Shown: positions 27,254 to 36,198 of the stretch, one piece after another
Layout: the number at the start of each line of letters is the position of its first letter
How positions within the stretch are numbered: the first letter of the stretch is position 1
Sequence record: PQ850608.1
DNA: 64,000 nt
From: Escherichia phage HermannAdler_Bas98
Direction: 5' to 3' (one strand)
Position numbers and translations under genes: made by a program
Notes under the pieces: model-generated
Databases searched by the model: none
The model's input: the letters and a program-made list of their open reading frames with translations, nothing else
What the model was told of the DNA's origin: nothing

Positions 27254-28114
27254 TTAAAACTCTTCTGCGTCGGTCGGAGTTTCATTGACAGGACCAGCGG
27301 CACCGCTTGCTTCTTCCTGCTTGCTGCGGTCGATGTTGACGTTGCCGCCCACTACGTCATTGTGGAATGCCTTGGCGACTTCGTACAGACCTTTGTCCTG
27401 CACCAGACCTTCCAACTCAAACTTCAGAACGGACCAGGTGTTGCCGTCTTTGGACTGAGATGCAGTGCCCATGCGAACAATGTTCATAAAGGTCGGCGGC
27501 GTTTTCAGGCCCTGCGGAGTCTGAACTTTCTTCTGCTGCAGAGCGGTCATCAGCATGCGAGACGGCTTGATCATGGAAGAAGTCAGGGACAGCATTGCGC
27601 TACCAAATTCACCCGTTTCTTCGTTCAACAGAATCACGAAGTGGTTACGTGTATCTGCATAGTAAGGAGATTTCTTCTCGTGCACTTTGCCGTTTTCGTC
27701 CGGCACAAATACCTTACCGTTGATCTCAACAGCGCGGCCTGCCGCGACTTCTGCATCAACGTGCTCTTTGGTGAATTCACCTTTAAAGCCTTTATCGTCG
27801 GACTCGCGACCGCCCCAAAGGATGAAGGTGCGTTTGAATGCGCAAGGGATGATCTGCACGCCTTTCTTGCCGTCATACAACTCACCAGTGACGGTGTTGT
27901 ACAGCATGCCAGCTTTTGCGCCAGGAACGTGTTTAGGATCATCTTCGTCGACCATAGGTGACATCTTCTGCAGGACGACGATAAAAGGAATGGCATACGC
28001 ATCGGCATCGGCACCTTCAAAACCAGCGCCAAAATCGGTCATGTCGACAAAATCAGCCATAGCGGACATCTGGGTGTTTTTCACTGCAACTTCGGTGGTT
28101 TCTTTCTTAGACAT
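27254..28114 (-). CDS. putative ssDNA-binding/annealing protein with acidic C-terminal tail
   Basis: 286 aa ending ...ETPTDAEEF. An acidic tail with a terminal Phe occurs in T7 gp2.5-type SSBs. The gene sits in the replication module. No fold-level evidence. Confidence 0.3.
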   Translation of the reverse strand: MSKKETTEVAVKNTQMSAMADFVDMTDFGAGFEGADADAYAIPFIVVLQKMSPMVDEDDPKHVPGAKAGMLYNTVTGELYDGKKGVQIIPCAFKRTFILWGGRESDDKGFKGEFTKEHVDAEVAAGRAVEINGKVFVPDENGKVHEKKSPYYADTRNHFVILLNEETGEFGSAMLSLTSSMIKPSRMLMTALQQKKVQTPQGLKTPPTFMNIVRMGTASQSKDGNTWSVLKFELEGLVQDKGLYEVAKAFHNDVVGGNVNIDRSKQEEASGAAGPVNETPTDAEEF

Positions 28115-28173
28115 TTGATATTTTCCTATAGTATCAAGTTTCGTGGCAACCTGATTTCAAGATAAAGGTTAAA

Positions 28174-28731
28174 TTACTTTTTGCTTTTAGGCAAGGTTAT
28201 TTTAGCTTCTTTGTATTCAAAAACGCTAATATCTTCACTAACTGGATTGCCTGCTTCCAGCTGTTCTTTTACAAACGACTTCAGTGTAGCAGAATGAACG
28301 CCTTGTTTCAATGTGGCTTCAACACCATCTTCACGCAGCGCGGCAACAATCTCTTGCGCCTGTTCGATTTCTTCGCGACCGAACTCAGCCGTGACGCTGG
28401 ACTTGATCAGGCCGCCGTAACCGTTGTTGACAAGCCAATCGAAAACTTTTAATTCGTTTTCTTTCTTGATCGAAGCATTCACCTTGGACTCGACCTTGAT
28501 TTTGGTCTTGTCCTCAAGCTTGATCTCAGACACGCCAAGCTCCTCCATAACGCCAGGAAGCAGAACAGTTTTGATTTCACTGATGCGCTGCTTTTGCATA
28601 TCAGCTTCATCTTCAAGCTCTGTCAAAGCCTCTTGGCGTTCTGCCAGTTCAGATACTAAGCGCGCAAGGCGCTCTTGAATGCTCTCAGGAGCGACCTGCG
28701 GCAAATCATCTTCCCAATTAATATTGCTCAT
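28174..28731 (-). CDS. hypothetical coiled-coil protein
   Basis: 185 aa. N-terminus is heptad-like (ERLARLVSELAERQEALTELEDEADMQKQRISEIK). Confidence 0.45.
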   Translation of the reverse strand: MSNINWEDDLPQVAPESIQERLARLVSELAERQEALTELEDEADMQKQRISEIKTVLLPGVMEELGVSEIKLEDKTKIKVESKVNASIKKENELKVFDWLVNNGYGGLIKSSVTAEFGREEIEQAQEIVAALREDGVEATLKQGVHSATLKSFVKEQLEAGNPVSEDISVFEYKEAKITLPKSKK

Positions 28732-28991
28732 ATTTTACCTTCTTGCATTAACCCTTCAACACGGGTCATTTGATAACGTTCAGGTTTCCAAGCAGCCAAA
28801 GCCTTCTCAGCGCCTTTTAAGGTTTTATACGCCTTGATGCCAGGCATAATAACGGTATTCACCCCAGCACCGTTGCCATGATCAAACTCTTTAACAACGC
28901 GAAACATTCCGTCAATTTCTTTGACCAAAAGACGTTTGAAAGCGATTGCGCCAGTAGCTTCATTTTTGTAACGTTCAAGGATGCGTACCAT
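28728..28991 (-). CDS. hypothetical protein
   Basis: 87 aa. ATGA overlap with the downstream gene. First gene after promoter 29024-29052. Confidence 0.5.
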   Translation of the reverse strand: MVRILERYKNEATGAIAFKRLLVKEIDGMFRVVKEFDHGNGAGVNTVIMPGIKAYKTLKGAEKALAAWKPERYQMTRVEGLMQEGKI

Positions 28992-29023
28992 TTTGTATTC
29001 CTCTGTTTCGTTTCGATGAAGTA

Positions 29024-29052
29024 ATTATGACTCATCTTCCGTGACAAGTCAA
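29024..29052 (-). promoter_or_regulatory. sigma70-type promoter
   Basis: Minus strand: TTGACT, 17-bp spacer, CATAAT. The downstream box TTCATCGAAACGAA is shared with the promoter at 36170-36198. Confidence 0.55.
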
Positions 29053-29065
29053 ATTATTTTTGATA

Positions 29066-30589
29066 TTAATTCATCTTTTTGCCGTCGAGGATGTGATCAG
29101 CAAGCATAGATTTCATGCTCAGTGAACGCTGAATTTCTTCGTCGATGGTATCAACACCAATAAAATCAACATACAACACGCTTGATTTGGTGCCGATGCG
29201 GTGATTTCGGTCTTCGGATTGCTTGCGCAACTCGTTGTCATAGTTGCAAGAATAATAGATTGCCAAGTCAGCGGCGGTAAGCGTGATTCCGATGCCTGCC
29301 GCAGCTGCGTGACACACCAACACTTGCGTTCCACCGTTCTCGACTGTGTTTTTCTGGAAGTCATCAATCAAGAACTCGCGCTGCTCTTTTGATGTTTCAC
29401 CGTTGTACGCACCAGTGACCACGCCTTCAGACTCAAGCCAATCCTTAATCTGGTTCATCTCTTCCTTAAAGATGGCCCACACGATGAATTTGCGCTCTGG
29501 GTCGTCTTCCAGCACCCCTTCCACATAGTCCTTAAAGGCCGTGAATCGTGGGTTGTCTTCCATGTAGACCATCTCATCATACACCTTAACAAAGCCTGAT
29601 GTCACCTGCTTCATCTTGGTGCGAGATGCGATCATCTCAAACTTAACGTTTTCTTCTTCGCCTTTGTACTCCATCAAATAGTTGTACTCATTCTTGAGTT
29701 CATCGTAGACATCGCGCTGCTTAGGCGACAACTCGAAGTCGATAAACTTGTACACCTTCTCTGGAAGGTCCGGCAAGTATTCCGCTTTTGTCGCGCGGAA
29801 ATAGTGCGGCTCCATCAGCCGGATAAGCTTGTCAAGGTTTTTGTACATCGGTCGACCAAACTGGTCTTTGCGCGGCACTTGCGGAATGCCATAACCGTTG
29901 CCGCCGATTTTCTTGAGAATGGCCTGCATCTCTGGGTCGTGCGCTTCAAGTAGAACTGTGAATTCAGAGTTGAATGCACGGAACGATTTGGTGCCAAGCA
30001 AGCCAGCTTCAAGGAAGTGATATTGCATGTAAATATCAGCAGGCGAGCGTGGCAGCGGCGTACCAGAAAGGATTCGACGGGCCTTTGCCAGCCGTCCCAA
30101 TTCCACAACCTTGATGGAGCGTTTGGCTGTGTTATTTTTGATACGCGTCGATTCATCAATGATCATCAAACAGCGGTATTTCTTCAAGACCGACTCAATG
30201 TGTTGATAACCGACTGGTGTGTTGACGGTGTCAATGTTGAATGAGAAGATGCGCGCAGGCACTTCGCCTTCAGGGTAGTGATCAGCAAACATCTTCTCCC
30301 AAAGCGCCTTGCCCTTTTTAGTCTTCATCTTGTCATTGCCGCGCCAGTAATGCCCAATCCACTTGATGGAAAGGTGCTCTGGCGCTTCACGACGAATCCA
30401 GTTTGAGTGGACACCGTTTGGAGCAATAACAACCATGGCATCAAACGCGCCAGCAGTGAAGTGCTTTTCAAACTCTGCCAAAGCAGTCCAGGTTTTGCCA
30501 AGACCCTGCTCCATAAAATAAGCAAAGTATTTTCTGCGGCCTGCTTTATCAAGCGCCAATAATTGGTGGCGCATTCCTTGTGTTTTCAT
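29066..30589 (-). CDS. SNF2-family helicase / DNA translocase
   Basis: Motif I EQGLGKTWTA, motif II IIDESTRIKN, motif VI QSEDRNHRIG. Confidence 0.85.
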   Translation of the reverse strand: MKTQGMRHQLLALDKAGRRKYFAYFMEQGLGKTWTALAEFEKHFTAGAFDAMVVIAPNGVHSNWIRREAPEHLSIKWIGHYWRGNDKMKTKKGKALWEKMFADHYPEGEVPARIFSFNIDTVNTPVGYQHIESVLKKYRCLMIIDESTRIKNNTAKRSIKVVELGRLAKARRILSGTPLPRSPADIYMQYHFLEAGLLGTKSFRAFNSEFTVLLEAHDPEMQAILKKIGGNGYGIPQVPRKDQFGRPMYKNLDKLIRLMEPHYFRATKAEYLPDLPEKVYKFIDFELSPKQRDVYDELKNEYNYLMEYKGEEENVKFEMIASRTKMKQVTSGFVKVYDEMVYMEDNPRFTAFKDYVEGVLEDDPERKFIVWAIFKEEMNQIKDWLESEGVVTGAYNGETSKEQREFLIDDFQKNTVENGGTQVLVCHAAAAGIGITLTAADLAIYYSCNYDNELRKQSEDRNHRIGTKSSVLYVDFIGVDTIDEEIQRSLSMKSMLADHILDGKKMN

Positions 30590-31008
30590 GACAATTCCTC
30601 TAAATACTTGATGATGTGATGAATAGTTCCCTTCACGATTATCTCACGTTGAACGTCTGCAGTATTATAACGCTTTAATTCAATAGAAGGGTGGACTAAA
30701 TAAAACATCTTCTCAGAATCAACCTTAAGCAAAACGAATGATGGGTATCGCCAATCATTCCACGAAGAAAGGAAGCTGCACTGTCCTTTCTCAAATGCAT
30801 TTCTGAAAGGTGCAGTGGTGGCCCTTGCAGGCCACGATTCAAAGAACTTCATTTCAAGCCAAAAGCCGCGCCCTTTCCGGTTGGTGCCGATTACGTCCGG
30901 CACGCCATCACCAGTCATTGACTCGATTCGTTGAAGCTTCAATACTGATTCTGAATGCTTCTTCAAAGGTACGAATATGTATTTCTGCTCACGGTTATTT
31001 GTTGCCAT
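30586..31008 (-). CDS. VRR-NUC domain nuclease
   Basis: PD-(D/E)xK core GVPDVIG ... GFWLEMKF. ATGA overlap with the SNF2 gene, a common pairing. Confidence 0.7.
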   Translation of the reverse strand: MATNNREQKYIFVPLKKHSESVLKLQRIESMTGDGVPDVIGTNRKGRGFWLEMKFFESWPARATTAPFRNAFEKGQCSFLSSWNDWRYPSFVLLKVDSEKMFYLVHPSIELKRYNTADVQREIIVKGTIHHIIKYLEELS

Positions 31009-33892
31009 CTGGATACACCTGTTTGATCACGTCAACGATGAACATGTCAATGCCTTCAAGCTTACGACCTTTCATCAGGAAGAATGCGCCGTTCCCGACG
31101 TTTTCAGCAATGTACTTCCCGTACTTCTGGAACTTCTCTGGACGAATCCTGAAGCGCATTGGCGAGTCGGTCGAGTCGTCTTTGCACATAAGGTCAATGA
31201 ACTGAGTCTCAAGCTTGTTTCCATACTGGTCAAACTCTGCGTAGCGGCCATCAGCTTGAAGACCCTTTTTAAGTTTGCCGTGCTTTGTATAAATGCCGCG
31301 CTCAAGACGTTTACGGATGCGTGTTGCTTCGTTCTCGTCCGCAAGCACTTTCTTTGTCAACTTGCCGATTACTATTGCGCGCTCGTCATCACCGACTTCC
31401 TTCATCTGGCGTATTGAAGCGCCGGACGTCACACCAATCAGATACGGGTCATTATACGCCCAGCCAAACTTTGTGTGCATCTCTGTAAGGTCGCCGTATT
31501 TGACTTCAGCATTGGCCAATGCGTCCTTTTGCTTCTGCGTTAAGGTTCCGGCTTCACGCGCTTCGATGTACTTCATCGCCTTCACCATTCCGTACCCTTT
31601 CGCGTTCATAATGCCGCCGATTAGCTTTCCGTTCGCGATTGTCCAGTTCATTGAAGAGTGATCAGGGTCGATTGGAACGTAATCCACGCCTTCCTTCGCA
31701 AGTTCACGTAATATCGCAATCGTCTGGTCTTCGTCCTTAGCAGCGCGTAAGCAGGCTGCGGCAAATTCCAACGGGTAGTGTCGCTTAAGCCACAATGTCC
31801 AGTAGGTCACGACCGCGTATGACACGGAGTGTGACTTGTTAAAGCCCCATGACCCGAACGTAGCCATCGCTTGCCAAAGCTTTCTTGCATCCGCTTCCGG
31901 TACTCCGTTATTGATTGCGCCTGCAACAAAGTCCTCGCCAAGCTTGTTAAAGTATTCTTCACCCTTACGGCCTGACATCGCCTTACGCACAGCTGACGTT
32001 TTCGCCCAGTCAAATGAACCAATCTCTTTAACCACGGCCATGATTTGCTCTTGGTAAAGAAACACGCCGTAAGTCTCTTTCAAGTACGGCTCAAGCTGCG
32101 GCACGTCGTACTCAATCGGCGCACGTCCTGCCGCGCGTTCAATGTATTTCTGGGCCATACCGGATGACAACGGGCCAGGTCGACCCAAAGCTGTCAGGTT
32201 GTCGATTTTGTTAAAGTTGTCGACGTGCACAAAGTTTGTTACTGAGCGTACAGCGTCACCTTCAAACTGGAAGATGCCTGACATCTTGTTTTCGTTAAGA
32301 ATGTCAAGTACGCTTTGATCATCAAGCTTGATTCCGTAGAGCGTTTCAGCATCAATAACGCCTGTATCAGAAATAATGCCGAGAGTACGAAGGCCCAGCG
32401 CATCAAGCTTCAAAAGGTTAAGGTATTCGCTGTCAGGCTTATCGATTTGTGCAATCCCTTCCGCAGTTACAGTACAGTAATCAGAGATTGGGTCATTACA
32501 CACAATGATTCCCGCTGCGTGAACACCTGTGTGAGACGGGTGAATCTCAAGGTCACCCATGCAACGCGCGGCGTCAGGATATTTCGCCACGAACTCTTGG
32601 CCCGTGGTCGTTGTTGCAAAGGTATCCTCCAGGCCGTGGCCATAACGGGCGTCACCTGACGAGTATTCAAGCAGTGCGTTTTTAATGTTGGCCGTTTCGT
32701 GGTATCCAATGTTGAACTTCTTACCAACCTGCGCCATTACTGAGTTGGCCTTAAGCGTGTTGATGTTGCCAAGCTTTGCAACATTCATTTCGCCGTATTT
32801 CTCTTTAAGATAATCAAACACCATATAGCGTTTGGTATCTTCAAAGTCGATGTCGATGTCAGGGAGGTCGGCGCGGCTTACGTCGATGAATCGGGCAAAC
32901 AGCAGCTTATACGGGATTGGGTCCACTTCCGTGATGCCGAGGCAATAGCAAACAAGTGAACCAGCCGATGAGCCGCGAGCAGGACCGACGAGCATTTTTG
33001 TTTTTGCGAATCGTACAAGGTCCGCTACTACCAGAAAGTATGAGTCGAAATCTTTCAGCTGAATCTGGTGAATTTCTTCGTTGAAGCGGTCCTCATATTC
33101 CTGAGTCCATTCTTTGATGTGACCTGCTTTGAGACGGTACTCCATCCCCTCACGCGCAAGCTTTACCATATCACCAGCAAGGTGGATAATCGGTGCCTTG
33201 CGTAATTTCAGGTCAAGTCCGACTATGCCGTTTGCTATGTCAACAGCATTGGCCGTTGCCTGATTCAGCTCATCTTCCGTCAAGATGCCTTTAAGCTGTT
33301 TGCGCAAGTCTTCCGCGTCAACGATGCAGTGCGGCTTGACCGTGTCGCGCACTTCCCAAGCATAAGCAAAGTCAACGTGCTCAGGTGAAGGCATGTGGTT
33401 GTATCCGGTTAAAACCAGCGGCCTTCCACCGCTACGATGAGCCAATGCCTGGCGCTTTGCCAAAAGGAACGATGATGGGTTGACGTCTATATAGTCGTAG
33501 TCCTCTGGCCGCAGCAACTCCACGGCACCGCCACAGAATTTAACGACGCCATCGAGCGCCCCGAACTCTGCACGGGTAAGTCCACCGCGCTGCGTTGCAA
33601 GTGTTGTAGCGTTGTAAAAAGATTTTAAGTCAAGGGCCAATATCCAAGCCTTCGGTTTGAATCCCTTTTTCGGGTCCGCATCAGGGTCGATGATTGGAAT
33701 CTCCATTCCAAACATAGGCTTAATATCATTTTTCTGGCATTCCTTTTCCCAGCGAACGTGACCCCATGTATTGTTATCAACTAATGCCGCGACTTCGCAG
33801 CCCAACTCTTTGAGCCGTGCTATAATTTCAGGATGCCGTCCATATACTTCTTTGAACGTGTAACCGCTGCGAACTCTCAATTGTGGAAACAT
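30995..33892 (-). CDS. dnaE: DNA polymerase III alpha subunit (DnaE-type)
   Basis: 965 aa. N-terminal PHP-like region. Signature GPARGSSAGSLVCYCLGITEVDP and DIDIDFE. Confidence 0.9.
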   Translation of the reverse strand: MFPQLRVRSGYTFKEVYGRHPEIIARLKELGCEVAALVDNNTWGHVRWEKECQKNDIKPMFGMEIPIIDPDADPKKGFKPKAWILALDLKSFYNATTLATQRGGLTRAEFGALDGVVKFCGGAVELLRPEDYDYIDVNPSSFLLAKRQALAHRSGGRPLVLTGYNHMPSPEHVDFAYAWEVRDTVKPHCIVDAEDLRKQLKGILTEDELNQATANAVDIANGIVGLDLKLRKAPIIHLAGDMVKLAREGMEYRLKAGHIKEWTQEYEDRFNEEIHQIQLKDFDSYFLVVADLVRFAKTKMLVGPARGSSAGSLVCYCLGITEVDPIPYKLLFARFIDVSRADLPDIDIDFEDTKRYMVFDYLKEKYGEMNVAKLGNINTLKANSVMAQVGKKFNIGYHETANIKNALLEYSSGDARYGHGLEDTFATTTTGQEFVAKYPDAARCMGDLEIHPSHTGVHAAGIIVCNDPISDYCTVTAEGIAQIDKPDSEYLNLLKLDALGLRTLGIISDTGVIDAETLYGIKLDDQSVLDILNENKMSGIFQFEGDAVRSVTNFVHVDNFNKIDNLTALGRPGPLSSGMAQKYIERAAGRAPIEYDVPQLEPYLKETYGVFLYQEQIMAVVKEIGSFDWAKTSAVRKAMSGRKGEEYFNKLGEDFVAGAINNGVPEADARKLWQAMATFGSWGFNKSHSVSYAVVTYWTLWLKRHYPLEFAAACLRAAKDEDQTIAILRELAKEGVDYVPIDPDHSSMNWTIANGKLIGGIMNAKGYGMVKAMKYIEAREAGTLTQKQKDALANAEVKYGDLTEMHTKFGWAYNDPYLIGVTSGASIRQMKEVGDDERAIVIGKLTKKVLADENEATRIRKRLERGIYTKHGKLKKGLQADGRYAEFDQYGNKLETQFIDLMCKDDSTDSPMRFRIRPEKFQKYGKYIAENVGNGAFFLMKGRKLEGIDMFIVDVIKQVYPDGNK

Positions 33893-34434
33893 TATTTACT
33901 CCAGATGTCATATACGCCAATTTGTTGGCAGACTTTGTGCAGTAATATTACGTCGTCTAATGCACGGTGCTTCTGTTCATATTTTCCGAAATATAATTCA
34001 TACAGCTCTTGAAGCTTAACTCTTCGGCCAAAAATAGGCAAGGTTTGCTCGACCGTACAAACGTTTATTTCTGGGAAATTAACATCATCAAGTGTAAGTC
34101 CTTCGCGCTGTAATGCATAATCAAGAATGTTTTTATCGAACGCATGGTTGTGCGCGATAGTGGCATCAGTTTTCTTGAAGATTTCTTTTAGCTGTGGAAC
34201 GAAGTTGATGAATGGTGGATTGCACTCAAGGTCTTCATTGGTTAATCCGGTAATCTTTGTAATGATTTCTTCAATCACAATTTCAGGATTAATTATGAAT
34301 TCAAACGTTTCAAGAATCTCTTTGCCGTCCGTCAACAGGCCTGCAAATTCAATAGGGCGCGGCTGCATTCCAAGCGGCGCTTTCGGGTGCACGGTCAGTC
34401 CGGTTGTTTCGAAGTCATAAGGGAGAAATAACAC
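33892..34434 (-). CDS. DnaQ-like 3'-5' exonuclease (proofreading subunit)
   Basis: Exo I YDFETTGL, Exo II AHNHAFDKNIL, Exo III HRALDDV. Overlaps the polymerase start by 1 nt. Confidence 0.85.
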   Translation of the reverse strand: MLFLPYDFETTGLTVHPKAPLGMQPRPIEFAGLLTDGKEILETFEFIINPEIVIEEIITKITGLTNEDLECNPPFINFVPQLKEIFKKTDATIAHNHAFDKNILDYALQREGLTLDDVNFPEINVCTVEQTLPIFGRRVKLQELYELYFGKYEQKHRALDDVILLHKVCQQIGVYDIWSK

Positions 34435-34445
34435 ATTAGCCTCCT

Positions 34446-34472
34446 ACAAAAAGGCCGCCCATTAGGACGGCC
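34446..34472 (-). terminator. intrinsic terminator after the VOC gene
   Basis: Minus strand: GGCCGUCC-UAAU-GGGCGGCC followed by UUUUUG. Confidence 0.65.
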
Positions 34473-34488
34473 ACAGATTCACGATTCG

Positions 34489-35040
34489 TTATACAGTGTA
34501 CGGAGTACCTTCTTGATTCAAGCGCACGATAAACTTCAAATCAACGCCGATGATTTCACGCGTATCAAAGATCACATAGTTGTAACGACGTTGGCCAGCG
34601 ATGTTTGGGTTGGTGTGAGAATCAGTTACGACTTCCTGTGCAACCTGAATGCCTTCTTCGCTAAAGAACTTACGCCATTCAGCAAGTTCAGCAGCAGTCA
34701 CGTGCATACCAAGGTGGCTGACCTGATTATCGTGCGCATCGAGCATGTCGATGTTTTCATTAATCCAGTTGCAACCTTTTGTGTAGTCAAGGATTTCAAG
34801 CTCAAGAGGCTTACCAGCGCCGCCATCAGTACCGTTGCCAGCCTGATAGTTGAAGCGCAAGTCAGCTTCATTGGTGCAATCGCCGCGCTGACCTTTAAAG
34901 TCATCAGCTTCAAATACGCGACCAGTAGCAACAACGTGATCATGGAACCACTCTGTCAGGCCGATTTTAGCCAGGAAGTCCTGAGCGCGTTGAGCATCTG
35001 GAATGGACAGGGCGATTTGTTCAATTTTAAAATGTGGCAT
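34489..35040 (-). CDS. VOC/glyoxalase-fold protein
   Basis: Two beta-alpha-beta-like halves (IEQIALSIPDAQRAQDFLAKIGL and VSHLGMHVTAAELAEWRKFF) with ELEIL and DLKFIV, as in the glyoxalase/bleomycin-resistance/dioxygenase superfamily. Confidence 0.5.
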   Translation of the reverse strand: MPHFKIEQIALSIPDAQRAQDFLAKIGLTEWFHDHVVATGRVFEADDFKGQRGDCTNEADLRFNYQAGNGTDGGAGKPLELEILDYTKGCNWINENIDMLDAHDNQVSHLGMHVTAAELAEWRKFFSEEGIQVAQEVVTDSHTNPNIAGQRRYNYVIFDTREIIGVDLKFIVRLNQEGTPYTV

Positions 35041-35060
35041 TTTGTTTCCTTAATTAAATA

Positions 35061-35276
35061 TTATTGATTAATTACTGTGTTGTCTTCGTCCTGTTTCTTT
35101 TCAGGAGCGGGTGTGACAACTTCAAATTTAGGTTTGGGTAATTCACCTTTAGCGCCTGGGACTTCAACGACAATCTTTTTGTCAGGCTCAACAGGATTTG
35201 GAACTTCAAATTTGATTGTGTATCCTAATACAACAAGAAGCACTAAACCGATTACCGCTACCCAGGCTTTGTTCAT
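35061..35276 (-). CDS. small membrane-anchored protein (71 aa)
   Basis: N-terminal TMD WVAVIGLVLLVVLGY followed by a Pro/Lys/Glu-rich tail. Confidence 0.5.
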   Translation of the reverse strand: MNKAWVAVIGLVLLVVLGYTIKFEVPNPVEPDKKIVVEVPGAKGELPKPKFEVVTPAPEKKQDEDNTVINQ

Positions 35277-35278
35277 GG

Positions 35279-35446
35279 TTATTCGCCCTTATCTTTGCCT
35301 TCTATGGAATAAGTCTCAATGGAACCGACGCGCTCGTGGTTAACCTTTGCGTTTTCGATTCTTATTACTTCAAATCCAACGCCTTCTTGATCAATCTTCA
35401 CTTCTGCCACGTCGCCAATCACTTCTACAACAACTTTGATAGTCAT
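35279..35446 (-). CDS. small hypothetical protein (55 aa)
   Basis: Read by hand: MTIKVVVEVIGDVAEVKIDQEG.... It exactly fills the gap between the SDR stop and the next start (TAACCATG junction). Confidence 0.35.
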   Translation of the reverse strand: MTIKVVVEVIGDVAEVKIDQEGVGFEVIRIENAKVNHERVGSIETYSIEGKDKGE

Positions 35447-35449
35447 GAT

Positions 35450-36133
35450 TTATTTCCCAAATGGAATATCAGTACCAGACATAAAGCGCCATGCGCCCGT
35501 AATTAAGATATGGCGAATGAAGTCAGCAATTACTTGCGGCTCAGTCTCCAATCCATTCATCAATGCCTTTTTCTGGTATTCAGCGGCGTATTCAGGAGTC
35601 CATCCGCGAGTCGCGCAAACAGCATCTTCAATCTGTTTAGACATACCAGTGCCGCGCAACTTGTTAGGACTAATAGAGAATACCGTGATGCCGTATTTAG
35701 GCGTAAGCTCGTGAGCCATCTGCTTGCTAATCATAAGCGCAGCAGCCTTGGATGCATTATAACACAAGCTGGACGTCATAGGAATATGCGCAGCGTTAGA
35801 AACGATATTGATCACAAAACCTTTGTTGTCGATAAGACTTTTCAGCGCGGCCTGAGTCGTGTTGACGAAAGAGAAGGCGTTGGTGTGCATAACGCGATTG
35901 AACTCTTCGTAGTTAACATCTTCGAACCAGTTGTTGGAGTTGACGCCAGCGCAGTTGATCAAGCCTTCTACATCATATGGGCTTAAAATTTCTTTCATCT
36001 GTTTAGCGTCGCGGACGTCATATCCGTATGCTGAATCGATTCCAAGCACGTTATGACCGTAAGCGCCAAGGGTGTCAAAAATAGATTTACCAAGACCGGA
36101 ATTGGAACCTGTTACAACAATTACTTTTTTCAT
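35450..36133 (-). CDS. short-chain dehydrogenase/reductase (SDR)
   Basis: Cofactor motif VTGSNSGLGKS (TGxxxGxG) and catalytic YNASKAA (YxxxK). Confidence 0.85.
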   Translation of the reverse strand: MKKVIVVTGSNSGLGKSIFDTLGAYGHNVLGIDSAYGYDVRDAKQMKEILSPYDVEGLINCAGVNSNNWFEDVNYEEFNRVMHTNAFSFVNTTQAALKSLIDNKGFVINIVSNAAHIPMTSSLCYNASKAAALMISKQMAHELTPKYGITVFSISPNKLRGTGMSKQIEDAVCATRGWTPEYAAEYQKKALMNGLETEPQVIADFIRHILITGAWRFMSGTDIPFGK

Positions 36134-36154
36134 TTATTTATCCTTTTTGGACTT

Positions 36155-36198
36155 CGTTTCGATGAGGTAAATATAACTCATCGAAACGCACAAGTAAA
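36155..36198 (-). promoter_or_regulatory. sigma70-type promoter with its -10 nested in a perfect 12-bp inverted repeat
   Basis: Minus strand: TTTACT (36198-36193), 17-bp spacer, TATATT (36175-36170). The inverted repeat CGTTTCGATGAG (36155-36166) and CTCATCGAAACG (36177-36188) brackets the -10. Confidence 0.55.

Noticed and set aside
28859-29047. 62-aa minus-strand ORF across the 28992-29065 intergenic promoter
   Set aside because: It overlaps the promoter and the start of 28728-28991 and has no RBS.
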